Below are positions 8,853-18,259 of a DNA stretch of 56,609 bases, one piece after another. Position numbers and translations under genes: made by a program. Position 1 is the stretch's first letter. Each line of letters starts with the position of its first letter. Origin of the DNA: Deferribacterales bacterium UBA4806. Its GTDB lineage: Bacteria > Chrysiogenota > Deferribacteres > Deferribacterales > UBA228. Below the pieces are notes generated by a model that was given only the letters and a program-made list of their open reading frames with translations, was not told where the DNA came from and did not search any database. The stretch is taken from contig DHGE01000021.1 in assembly GCA_002402635.1 (NCBI GenBank), positions 1 through 56,609 on the forward strand. Reading direction: 5' to 3'.

Positions 8853-9147
8853 TTAACCATAATTTAACATACAATAAAAAAACGTAGGAGGTATATTTTT
8901 TAACTTAAAACCTAAATTAAAAGTATCGACAACTAAATATTCTTTATATTTCACATTATAACCGATAAATCCATTTTCTGACAACAAAACACTGACAACA
9001 ATATTTTTGTCAGGTGAGTTAATAACCTCTACTGTTTTAAAATCTGCTTTGGCAGAATTTATGGAGATTAATAGGAATAAAAGTATAATTATTTTTGAAA
9101 AGACAATTGATTTAATGCTTGATAATTGGTTTAATAATTTTTGTCAT
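8853..9147 (-). pseudogene. Frameshifted, truncated remnant of a secreted protein resembling a GH97 glycoside hydrolase N-terminus
   Basis: SD AGGGAG plus ATG 9147. Removing one A from the A5 run gives MTKLLNQLSSIKSIVFSKIIILLFLLISINSAKA-DFKTVEVINSPDKNIVVSVLLSENGFIGYNVKYKEYLVVDTFNLGFKLKNIPP, followed shortly by a stop. Confidence 0.6.
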
Positions 9148-9323
9148 TATTTTTGCTCCCTGGTGTTTTTAATAAAGAAATATACATTTTATAATTTATT
9201 ACCTCATTTTAGATAGAAAATAAAAAATATAATTTAAACTACTAATTAACAATTGCAAACTAACTAGATTGTAACTACATGAGTATAATTAGAATATATA
9301 ATACCACCTCCATTAGATTTTAA

Positions 9324-9352
9324 TTGACTAACTTGAAAAAATATTATAAAGT
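9324..9352 (+). promoter_or_regulatory. Putative sigma70 promoter of the hfq-like/receiver operon
   Basis: TTGACT-17 nt-TAAAGT, 16 nt upstream of ATG 9369. Confidence 0.4.
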
Positions 9353-9368
9353 TCAATAGGTATATATT

Positions 9369-9890
9369 ATGTCATTATCAGCTAATTTAGAATTTGTTTA
9401 TTTGCATAATTCTCGTTTGCGCAAACTAGAGCTTATATTCCATTTAAGCGATAATAAAACATATACTTCCGAAGTCCTCGATTTTGATGAATATTCCTTA
9501 ATAATAAATAATGGCAAATATAAAATTAACATTGTAAAAAAGGATATTATTTATATTGAACCAGTAAAGTATCTAAATATTGTAGATATCGATTACATAA
9601 GCAAAACATACTATTTAGCACAAGAGAATTTAAAAATTAAACATGTAAAGCCACCTATACAAGATATTTTTCTAAATGAAGTGAGAAAATATAGGCTTCC
9701 CATTAAACTTATTTTTAAGGATGAAACTTCTTTTAAAGGGAACATAATGGGTTTTGATAATTTTATTATATTACTAGATTTGAATGATAAACAATCGATG
9801 ATTTATAAAAATAATATATCATTGGTACACCCACTTAATCAAACCTCTGAAATTATAAAATATGCTGACGAGAGAAAATATGGAACCTAA
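9369..9890 (+). CDS. Tandem (two-domain) Hfq/Sm-like protein
   Basis: Domain 2 IQDIFLNEVRK...FKGNIMGFDNFIILL...QSMIYKNNISLVHP aligns to Hfq; domain 1 NLEFVYLHNSR...LDFDEYSLII...INIVKKDIIYIEP is a more diverged copy. Confidence 0.82.
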   Translation: MSLSANLEFVYLHNSRLRKLELIFHLSDNKTYTSEVLDFDEYSLIINNGKYKINIVKKDIIYIEPVKYLNIVDIDYISKTYYLAQENLKIKHVKPPIQDIFLNEVRKYRLPIKLIFKDETSFKGNIMGFDNFIILLDLNDKQSMIYKNNISLVHPLNQTSEIIKYADERKYGT

Positions 9891-10248
9891 AGGTATTAAG
9901 ATTTTGATTGTTGATGATGAGGAGCATACGAGATTAGGCTATGCTGAAGTATTAAAACTTGATGGCTACAGTGTTGAAACAGCTGAGAATGGGCAAGAAG
10001 GTTTTAAAAAAGCAATAGAAAATGAATTTGATATTATTATAACCGACTTACGCATGCCAGAAGCAGATGGAATTACCTTTATTCAAAATTTAAGGGAGCA
10101 CAATATTAAAACACCTGTTCTCATAATTACTGCTTTTGGAAGCTACAAAACTTATAAATCTGCTAAAAATTTAGGCGTCATAGAATATTTAAATAAGCCT
10201 ATCAGAGCAAAAGATCTGAAAAGTGCCATTGAAAAAATTATTTCTTAA
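9880..10248 (+). CDS. Stand-alone response regulator receiver domain protein
   Basis: ILIVDDEE, IITDLRMP (phospho-Asp), IITAF, YLNKP; no output domain; start at 9880 or 9862, overlapping the upstream stop. Confidence 0.92.
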   Translation: MEPKGIKILIVDDEEHTRLGYAEVLKLDGYSVETAENGQEGFKKAIENEFDIIITDLRMPEADGITFIQNLREHNIKTPVLIITAFGSYKTYKSAKNLGVIEYLNKPIRAKDLKSAIEKIIS

Positions 10249-11908
10249 CTCTCTTTCTTATAATATCTTTAAACTCTAAATAAATTTTATCTTCTTTTAA
10301 ATTAATTGATTCGAAGGAAGTTATGTTTTTAGCAAAATAATCCTTTATACTTTTATATTGAAAAAATTTAGAAGTTAATATTGAAGGCTCTCCTGAAAAA
10401 TAGACTATTTTTTTAGAATAATCTTGTGGAATTATACTAAGATCAAATAAATCATTAATTAAATTTTCATATTTTTCTGTTGTAAAAACATATATGCTAT
10501 CTATCCTCTTCAAATTGGATTTAATAATTTTTAATATAACATTGATATATTGACTGCAACAATAAATTAAATCTAATGTATCCTGATCAATATAGAATTC
10601 CAAATTTTTTTTGCGGTATATAAAAAATATAGGTTTGCCATCTTTATTTGATAATTTTACAAGTCTATTTATAGGAACGTTGTCAACTAATAGCAATCGA
10701 TCTTTTAATTCAAAATCTTCGGATATCAGTTTCTCCATTTTCAACAATTTTATGGTTTGTAATAAAACTTTAAAATGGATTTTATCTGGCATTTCATATT
10801 TATCTTTTATTGTTATCTCAAAATTTTCATCAATATTAATAATAGGATTATTACTTGATTCCAACAACTTCTGTAATCCATCTTCTATTGTCTTTTCATT
10901 TGTGTTTATTTCATATAATGTGCCTTCATTAAAATAATAAATCCGACTTAATAGTTCTAAAGAAATGAATATGTTCTTTCTCTTGTTATTATATAGAAGT
11001 CTAAAAAAAAGCAATAAATCAAGGGGATTATTTTGGGGCTGTATTATTTCACATACCATTGTACCAATATTAACCGTATAATAATTAACAAGATTAAATA
11101 AATTTTCACCTTCAAAATATTTGTTATCTAGTATGATAATTAATCTTTCTAAATCATTCAGATGTATATTATTATATATAAAATCAGATATCACATTATT
11201 ATCAATAATATCTAGAAGGGTTTCATTTGTTCTTATTAACCCTTCAGATGATATATTCGCTATGCCAGCTGAATAAATATAATATTTTATGCCTTTATTA
11301 TACTGCAATAAAATAAGTCCATCAGTTGGATTATATCCTACTTCTGTTTCCATCGTATCAACATTTGTGATGATATCATTGTAGTGATTTTTATTTTTAA
11401 GTTCTTCATAAACCTCTTCTATATCCAGATTTCCTCTTGAATTATTTATAATTGATTCTTCTAAATTTTTTTCTTCGAGATTTTCACCCTCATTGTCTAA
11501 TTTTTCTCCTAACTTATTCTCACTTTTATCCTCAGAAGTAGGGGTTGCATTCTGTTTTTTTATTCTAACAGATATAAACTCTGAATCAACAATTGAACCT
11601 TCTGTTTTTTCCACTCTTACGATAATATCAGACTTAACTAAATATTGACAAGTTAACCTATAACCTGCTTGTAAATTAACTGCCGCTAACAATAGCTTAT
11701 CTCTTTTTGTCGGTTTGTTTATATCTTTACCTGAGGCAGATTTTATTAATGCTTTGCATCTTCCACATTGCCCCTGGCCTTTGCATAATGTTTCTGTTAT
11801 TAACTTATTTTCTATAAGGAATTTATATAGATTTGTTCCTGTTTTAACAGTATAGTATTCTTTAGAACCTTCAATATATATTCTATGTTCTCTGGAAAAC
11901 ATTATCAC
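10238..11908 (-). CDS. [2Fe-2S] ferredoxin-domain protein with a degenerate RACo/ASKHA-like body
   Basis: N-terminal CKGQGQCGRC...YRLTCQ; the C-terminal half follows the RACo pattern without its Gly-rich motifs. Confidence 0.7.
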   Translation of the reverse strand: MIMFSREHRIYIEGSKEYYTVKTGTNLYKFLIENKLITETLCKGQGQCGRCKALIKSASGKDINKPTKRDKLLLAAVNLQAGYRLTCQYLVKSDIIVRVEKTEGSIVDSEFISVRIKKQNATPTSEDKSENKLGEKLDNEGENLEEKNLEESIINNSRGNLDIEEVYEELKNKNHYNDIITNVDTMETEVGYNPTDGLILLQYNKGIKYYIYSAGIANISSEGLIRTNETLLDIIDNNVISDFIYNNIHLNDLERLIIILDNKYFEGENLFNLVNYYTVNIGTMVCEIIQPQNNPLDLLLFFRLLYNNKRKNIFISLELLSRIYYFNEGTLYEINTNEKTIEDGLQKLLESSNNPIINIDENFEITIKDKYEMPDKIHFKVLLQTIKLLKMEKLISEDFELKDRLLLVDNVPINRLVKLSNKDGKPIFFIYRKKNLEFYIDQDTLDLIYCCSQYINVILKIIKSNLKRIDSIYVFTTEKYENLINDLFDLSIIPQDYSKKIVYFSGEPSILTSKFFQYKSIKDYFAKNITSFESINLKEDKIYLEFKDIIRKRVKK

Positions 11909-12028
11909 TTAATTAGGTATATAAACATTTTTTACTTAAAAATCAATCATTTAAGTAGCAATTAAATATTTTAAAGTTTATATCTTTTCTATTGATATCT
12001 ATATATGATTTTCTTATGTTCATAAAAA

Positions 12029-12958
12029 ATGAATATTATAAGAAACATTGTTAACTCGAATTTTACACAACCCCTATCTATTTGTATAGGTAATTTTGAT
12101 GGTATTCATATAGCACATAAGAAAATATTAAACAAAACTGTAGAATTAGCAAGGCATTATAAATGCTTAAGCGCTGCCATAACATTTAACCCACACCCTT
12201 TGAAATTTTTCGGCTATGATGTAAAGTTGCTTGTTACAGAGAGAAAAAAATATGAACTAATTGAAAATACAACTATAGACAATCTAATAGTGCTAGACTT
12301 CAATGAAAATCTTGCAAAGATGCCTCCAGAATTCTTTGTAGAAGAATTTCTTGTAAAAAAATTTTGTATGAAATGTTTGGTAGTTGGATATAATTATAAA
12401 TTTGGTGATAGGAATAAAGGAGATCTAAAGCTTCTTAAAGTTTTATCCAAAAAATATAACTATAAATTATATGAACTCGAAGAAGTAGTAATAAAAAACA
12501 CGTTGGTGTCTAGTACGAACATACGCAATCTTATATTGGCTGGGGATATTGAGCTAGCAAATGAACTATTAGGTTATTACTATTCTTTAGAAGGAGTTGT
12601 GACTAAGGGCCAAAATATAGGTAAACTATTAGGGTTCCCAACTGCTAATATAGCTGTTCAAAATGAACTTATTCCCAAATTTGGTGTATATGCAAGTAGA
12701 ATAAAGTATAAGGGAATATTTTATCCATCAGTAACAAATATAGGAATTAAACCTACTATTCAAAGCGATGGAAAGGTATATGTAGAGGCACATATAATAG
12801 ATTTTGACCAGGATATTTATGATTGTTTTGTAGAATTAGAATTAATCAGCTATATAAGAGAAGAAAGAAAATATGATAATTTTAAAGCCTTAATTGAGCA
12901 AATGGAAATCGACAAGAAAACATCAATAAACATATTAAAGGTTAAAAAACTAGTATGA
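12029..12958 (+). CDS. ribF: Bifunctional riboflavin kinase/FAD synthetase
   Basis: IGNFDGIHIAH, TFNPHP, SSTNIR, LGFPTAN, NIGIKPT, EAHI. Confidence 0.96.
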   Translation: MNIIRNIVNSNFTQPLSICIGNFDGIHIAHKKILNKTVELARHYKCLSAAITFNPHPLKFFGYDVKLLVTERKKYELIENTTIDNLIVLDFNENLAKMPPEFFVEEFLVKKFCMKCLVVGYNYKFGDRNKGDLKLLKVLSKKYNYKLYELEEVVIKNTLVSSTNIRNLILAGDIELANELLGYYYSLEGVVTKGQNIGKLLGFPTANIAVQNELIPKFGVYASRIKYKGIFYPSVTNIGIKPTIQSDGKVYVEAHIIDFDQDIYDCFVELELISYIREERKYDNFKALIEQMEIDKKTSINILKVKKLV

Positions 12959-14271
12959 ATGTTTATATTGAATCCCTCGGTTGTTTTAAGAATAAAGCTG
13001 ACACTGAGAAATTTGTTAACAAGCTCATTCAGCACGATATTGCTATAGTGAGAGATCCTGCTGCAAGTAATATAATAATAATTAATACATGTGGATTTAT
13101 TAAACCTGCAGTTGAGGAATCAATAGAAAGAATTTTAGAATTATCTAAATTCAAAGAAAAAGGTGCAAAACTTGTAGCTTTTGGCTGTATGATAGAACGA
13201 TACAAACATGAAATTAAGCATTTAATTCCTGAACTTGATTTCACCACAGGAATAAATAGTTTTGAAAAACTAATTAATTATTTATTAATTAATAAAGAAA
13301 AAAATCTGCATAATATATTATCAAAAAAAGATGCATATATCATAACTAACCTTCCATATTATAGCTACGTTAAAATTGCAGATGGTTGCAACAATAGATG
13401 TAGCTACTGCATGATACCCTTTATTAAGGGAGAACTAAAAAGTGTCAAACTAGACAATGTAAAAAGATCAGTAAAGAACCTTATTAACATGGGGGTTAAA
13501 GAAATAAATATTGTAGCTCAGGATATCACAAAATATGGTATTGATATATATGGTGAATATAAGCTATGTTCCCTGCTTGATGCAATATTAAATATAGATG
13601 GTGATTTTTATATTAGGCTTCTTTATTTGAACCCTGACGGTATAGAAAATAATCTTTTGGATCTAATCAAAAATTCTTCTAAAATAATAAAATATCTAGA
13701 TATACCAATTCAACATGCAAGCGATAAGATTTTAAAAATGATGAACAGAAAAATTGATTCAATTAGCTTGTTTAAATTATTTGAAAAAATTAGACACAAT
13801 ATGCCTGATCTGTTTTTGAGAACTACAGCAATAGTGGGTTTCCCCAGTGAAAATAATTATGATTTTAATAAATTATTGGAATTTATAAATACCTTTAGCC
13901 CCGAATGGGCTGGTTTTTTTAGGTATTACCCTGAGGAAGGAACACCATCATATAATTTTAAAGGTAGAATTAACAAAAAAATCGTAGATGAAAGATTAAA
14001 TATATTAGAAATAGCGCAAATTAACAACATAAATCAAAGATTTAAAAAGCTTATTGGGACAAATATTAAGGTCTTCATTGAAAAGCCTTTAGAAAAGCCT
14101 GTCAATAATGCAAATTATACTTATTCAGGCAGAAGCTTACTACAAGCACCAGAAATAGATGGCAAGTGTTATATAAAAGTTGATAATAATATTGCAATTA
14201 ATAACTTTGGACCTTATAATGCCTTAATAAGTGATTTTAAATATCCTGATATTTTTGTAACATTGAACTGA
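12955..14271 (+). CDS. rimO: Ribosomal protein S12 methylthiotransferase
   Basis: SLGCxKN, NTCGFI, radical-SAM CNNRCSYC, AQD, LRTTAIVGFP, QAPEIDG. Confidence 0.92.
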   Translation: MNVYIESLGCFKNKADTEKFVNKLIQHDIAIVRDPAASNIIIINTCGFIKPAVEESIERILELSKFKEKGAKLVAFGCMIERYKHEIKHLIPELDFTTGINSFEKLINYLLINKEKNLHNILSKKDAYIITNLPYYSYVKIADGCNNRCSYCMIPFIKGELKSVKLDNVKRSVKNLINMGVKEINIVAQDITKYGIDIYGEYKLCSLLDAILNIDGDFYIRLLYLNPDGIENNLLDLIKNSSKIIKYLDIPIQHASDKILKMMNRKIDSISLFKLFEKIRHNMPDLFLRTTAIVGFPSENNYDFNKLLEFINTFSPEWAGFFRYYPEEGTPSYNFKGRINKKIVDERLNILEIAQINNINQRFKKLIGTNIKVFIEKPLEKPVNNANYTYSGRSLLQAPEIDGKCYIKVDNNIAINNFGPYNALISDFKYPDIFVTLN

Positions 14272-14280
14272 GGTGTTTTC

Positions 14281-15030
14281 ATGAGAAAGTTTTTTTTAAT
14301 ATTTCTATGTTTACTATATTTATTTACTGGATGTGCTACTAAAGAAATTAAAAATATGGATGCAAAGGCATATCTTGAAAAAGGTTTGAAGTATTACAAT
14401 TCAAAAAAATATAGAAAAGCGGCTGAAAATCTTGAAGAAGCAATCAAATATGCCGATTCTCCTTCAATAGCTGCTAAAGCACAGTTATATCTTGGGAATG
14501 CATATTTTAAAGATAAAAATTACTTAGAAGCAATCCCATCATTTAAACAATTTCTTGACTACTATCCTGAAGCACCAGAAGCACCTGAGGTTTTATATAA
14601 ATTAGGATTATCATACTATAAAGAAGTGAACACTTTTGATAGGGAGCAGCAAACTACTATTGATGCAATTAACACATTTAAGAAACTAAAATCACAATAC
14701 CCAACATATGCCACTTCAGTAAACATTGACAAATACATAAATGAATTGGAAGATAAATTAGCCAAAAAAGAGCTATATATTGCAGAGTTTTATTTCCGAA
14801 CAAATAAAGATGAAGCAGCAGAAAAACGATTAAAATATATTATTGAGCATTATGAAAATACAGATGTTTATAAAAGAGCATTAATTAGATACTGCAAGTA
14901 TCTTTCAAGTAATAAACATAGAAAGCAAGAAGCGCTTGTATTTTTAAATAAATTGCTAAATAGTACCGAAGAAAATGAAGCTTATGCAGAAGACATAAGT
15001 GAACTTTTAGAAAAATTAAGGAATATGTAG
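14281..15030 (+). CDS. bamD: Outer membrane protein assembly lipoprotein BamD
   Basis: Lipobox FTGC, TPR repeats, DREQQTT, LAKKELYIAEFY. Confidence 0.88.
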   Translation: MRKFFLIFLCLLYLFTGCATKEIKNMDAKAYLEKGLKYYNSKKYRKAAENLEEAIKYADSPSIAAKAQLYLGNAYFKDKNYLEAIPSFKQFLDYYPEAPEAPEVLYKLGLSYYKEVNTFDREQQTTIDAINTFKKLKSQYPTYATSVNIDKYINELEDKLAKKELYIAEFYFRTNKDEAAEKRLKYIIEHYENTDVYKRALIRYCKYLSSNKHRKQEALVFLNKLLNSTEENEAYAEDISELLEKLRNM

Positions 15031-16296
15031 TTGCTTGATTTAAATTTTATTTTAAAAAACATTAATCTAATCAAAGAAAAAACTGAAAAAAGACATTATA
15101 GCTATGATTTCGATAAACTTTTACAATTGGCTGAAAACAGGAAAAATATAATAAAGGAAGTAGAAGAGTTAAAATGGAAACGTAATAAAGGTTCTAAGGA
15201 AATAAGTCAATTAATTAAGACTGGTAAAGATGCTTCTTTTCTGAATAAAGAAATGCGGGAACTTTCTGATAGTGTTAAATCTCTGGATATTACATTAAAA
15301 AATCTAAATGATGAGATTAATAAATTGTTACTTAACATTCCAAATATTATTGATGATACAGTTCCAATTGGTGTAAACGAAACAGATAATATTGTAGTTA
15401 GAAGTTATGGTGAAAAACCTGTTTTTAACTTTCAGCCAAAACCTCATTGGGAGATTGCAGAAAATCTGGGTATAGTAGATTTTAATCGGGCATCTAAGCT
15501 ATCTAAATCCCGCTTCTCTATTTACTTTGGTAATGGTGCAAAGCTAGAAAGAGCTTTGATAAATTTTATGTTAGAGCTACACACGGCAAAAGGATATGTG
15601 GAAATAATCCCACCACTACTAGTTAATGAAACTACAATGACAGGTACGGGTCAGCTTCCTAAATTTGAAGAAGAATTGTTTAAATGTGAAAGGGATAACC
15701 TATACCTTATTCCAACAGCTGAGGTTCCTTTAACTAATATCCACTCAGGGGAAATTTTATCTATTGAAAAACTTCCAATATACTATGTTGCATATACTCC
15801 TTGCTTCCGTAGGGAGGCTGGTTCATATGGTAAAGATGTTAGGGGCCTAATCAGACAACATCAATTTAATAAAGTGGAGCTTGTCAAAATTGTATCAGAT
15901 GAAAGTTCATCTGCAGAACTTGAAGCATTGCTGTTAAACGCAGAAGAAATATTAAAACTTCTTAATATTCACTATAGAGTTGTAACTCTTTGTAGTGGTG
16001 ATTTGGGTTTCTCTTCATCCAAAACTTACGACATAGAGGTATGGCTGCCTGGATTAAATTGTTACAAAGAAATATCCTCGTGTAGCAACTTTAAGGATTT
16101 CCAAGCAAGGAGAGCAAGTATAAAGTATAGAGATAAAAAAGGGAAAATACATTTTGCTCATACCTTAAATGGATCAGGGCTTGCAGTGGGAAGAACTTTT
16201 CTTGCTATCTTAGAAAACTATCAAACAAAAGAAGGTTATATTAGAATCCCTGATGTATTACAAGGATATTTTAAAGACTTACAACTTATAAAATAA
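15031..16296 (+). CDS. serS: Serine--tRNA ligase
   Basis: GTGQLPKF, LIPTAEVPL, FRREAGSYG, EISSCSN, TLNGSGLAVGR; TTG start. Confidence 0.98.
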   Translation: MLDLNFILKNINLIKEKTEKRHYSYDFDKLLQLAENRKNIIKEVEELKWKRNKGSKEISQLIKTGKDASFLNKEMRELSDSVKSLDITLKNLNDEINKLLLNIPNIIDDTVPIGVNETDNIVVRSYGEKPVFNFQPKPHWEIAENLGIVDFNRASKLSKSRFSIYFGNGAKLERALINFMLELHTAKGYVEIIPPLLVNETTMTGTGQLPKFEEELFKCERDNLYLIPTAEVPLTNIHSGEILSIEKLPIYYVAYTPCFRREAGSYGKDVRGLIRQHQFNKVELVKIVSDESSSAELEALLLNAEEILKLLNIHYRVVTLCSGDLGFSSSKTYDIEVWLPGLNCYKEISSCSNFKDFQARRASIKYRDKKGKIHFAHTLNGSGLAVGRTFLAILENYQTKEGYIRIPDVLQGYFKDLQLIK

Positions 16297-16967
16297 TGGC
16301 CACTTTATTTGTCACAGGTCTCCCCTTAACGTTAGAGAAAAATAGCTTCTCACCCAATAGCATAAATATTTTAAAAACGAGCAATCATTTAATAGGGGAA
16401 AGCAGAAAAGTGATTTTATCAATTCTATCTTTTATTGGTGATAAAAACAAAACATTTAGCTTGTTAAATGAACATTCCAAATATGATGAAAAAAAAGAGC
16501 TAATAGATTTAATTAAAGCAAAGGATATCTGCGTACTCTTTTCAGATATTGGAACACCTTGTGTTGCCGATCCAGGATATGATTTTGTTGATATGTGTTA
16601 TAACAATAATATAGAAATTTTATCTTTCCCTGGACCGTCATGTATCACAACAGGACTTTCAATATCTGGTTTTTATTCTGAAAAATTTACTTTTTTAGGT
16701 TACCCACCTATAGATAAGGGAGAAAGAAAAAAATTTTTTATTGAACTAAATGGGGCAAAAGAAACAACAGTTTTTATAGAAAGACCCTATTGTATGAAAT
16801 ATTTATTAAAAGACTTACAATATATTAAAGACAAAAGAATGGCAATAGCATACAATATTGGCTCCCATGATGAAATAACAATAAGAGGAAATATTAACAA
16901 TATCAAAAATAAACTCATAAATATGCCAAAAGCTCCTTTTACGGTTGTTGTAGAAGGAATAAAATGA
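16296..16967 (+). CDS. rsmI: RsmI-like SAM-dependent (tetrapyrrole methylase family) methyltransferase
   Basis: SDIGTPCVADPG, PGPS, FTFLGYPP, FIERPY; shorter than typical RsmI. Confidence 0.7.
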   Translation: MATLFVTGLPLTLEKNSFSPNSINILKTSNHLIGESRKVILSILSFIGDKNKTFSLLNEHSKYDEKKELIDLIKAKDICVLFSDIGTPCVADPGYDFVDMCYNNNIEILSFPGPSCITTGLSISGFYSEKFTFLGYPPIDKGERKKFFIELNGAKETTVFIERPYCMKYLLKDLQYIKDKRMAIAYNIGSHDEITIRGNINNIKNKLINMPKAPFTVVVEGIK

Positions 16968-18259
16968 ATCCATTGTCACTTATAAATGCAATTATTGAAA
17001 CATCCATAGATGCTGTAAAACCAGAAAATGTCATAGAAAAGTCTGTTAAATATATAAATGATACTTTAATTGTAAACAATCATCCCTTTGATTTAAAAAA
17101 ATATAATAGAATATTTATTGTAGGCAGTGGCAAAGCTTCTATAAAAATGGCTAAAGCAGTTAAGAAACTTATAAAAAATAATACAAAAAAAATTGAAGGA
17201 CTAGTTATTTCTAATTATCATGAGTATATTGAAGATTTAACTGTAGTGCTAGGCAGCCATCCAATTCCAACAAAAAAAAGTGTCAAAGCTGCAAAAAGCT
17301 TGATTAATTTACTGACAAAATGTAGTAACAATGATTTTTTAATCTATCTGTTAAGTGGTGGTTCATCTGCTCTCATGGAATTGCCTAAACCACCCCTAAC
17401 AATTAATGATGTTCAGAAAGTAACATCAATTCTTTTACATGCAGGGCTTAATATTAAAGAGTTAAATTTTATTAGAAAAAAACTCTCCCTGATAAAAGGT
17501 GGAAAATTAAATAATTTTATTCAGTGCAATGGTGTTGTTCTAGTTCTTTCTGATGTCATAGGAGATAAGTTAGAAAGTATTGGATCTGCACCTTTATATT
17601 ATAAAAAAGAGGAATTTGATATTATCACCCTTTTAAATAAGTATAATTTAAGAAAAAAGTTAACAAAAAAAGTAGTTGACATTTTGACCACAGAAGAAAA
17701 GGATTCAGTTAACCTACTGCCTCATTTTATAATAGGTAACAATTTAACAGCTCTGAAAGCTGCTGAGGAAAAAGCCTTATCATATGGTTTAAGTGCTGAA
17801 ATTCTAACTTCAACTTTGAAGGGAGAAGCTGGCCAGGCAGGTATATTCATAGCTTCTATTGGCAATTTTCAATCTGAATATACAAAAAAAAGCAAACTAT
17901 ATATACTCGGTGGCGAAACCACTGTAACTGTCAAAGGATCTGGAATGGGCGGTAGAAATCAAGAATTGGCTCTCGCAGCACTTAAAGAACTTGAATATAA
18001 CAATAATATTTATATTGCTGCATACGGTACAGATGGTATAGATGGGCCAACTGATGCTGCTGGTGCAATCATTAACAATGAATTATCTCTTAAAGCAAAA
18101 AATTTGAGGCTATCAATTGAAGAATATCTACAAAATAACAATTCATATAATTTTTTTAAAGAAGTAGGAGGTCATATAAAATTGGGACATACAGGAACAA
18201 ATGTTTGCGATATTGTATTACTTTTCATTTTCCATAAAGAGGTAAATAACGTTGCATAG
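16964..18259 (+). CDS. Glycerate 2-kinase, class II (MOFRL family)
   Basis: GSGKAS, HPIP, LLSGGSSAL, IKGG, SDVIGD, GGETTV, GGRNQE, GTDGIDG, TGTNVCD. Confidence 0.93.
   Translation: MNPLSLINAIIETSIDAVKPENVIEKSVKYINDTLIVNNHPFDLKKYNRIFIVGSGKASIKMAKAVKKLIKNNTKKIEGLVISNYHEYIEDLTVVLGSHPIPTKKSVKAAKSLINLLTKCSNNDFLIYLLSGGSSALMELPKPPLTINDVQKVTSILLHAGLNIKELNFIRKKLSLIKGGKLNNFIQCNGVVLVLSDVIGDKLESIGSAPLYYKKEEFDIITLLNKYNLRKKLTKKVVDILTTEEKDSVNLLPHFIIGNNLTALKAAEEKALSYGLSAEILTSTLKGEAGQAGIFIASIGNFQSEYTKKSKLYILGGETTVTVKGSGMGGRNQELALAALKELEYNNNIYIAAYGTDGIDGPTDAAGAIINNELSLKAKNLRLSIEEYLQNNNSYNFFKEVGGHIKLGHTGTNVCDIVLLFIFHKEVNNVA

Noticed and set aside
9007-9216. 69-aa plus-strand ORF
   Set aside because: TTG start, no family features, and it is the antisense shadow of the GH97-like remnant.
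11909-12028. FMN riboswitch before ribF, and T-boxes before serS, proS and argS
   Set aside because: Spacers are short, AT-only or absent, with no conserved motifs.
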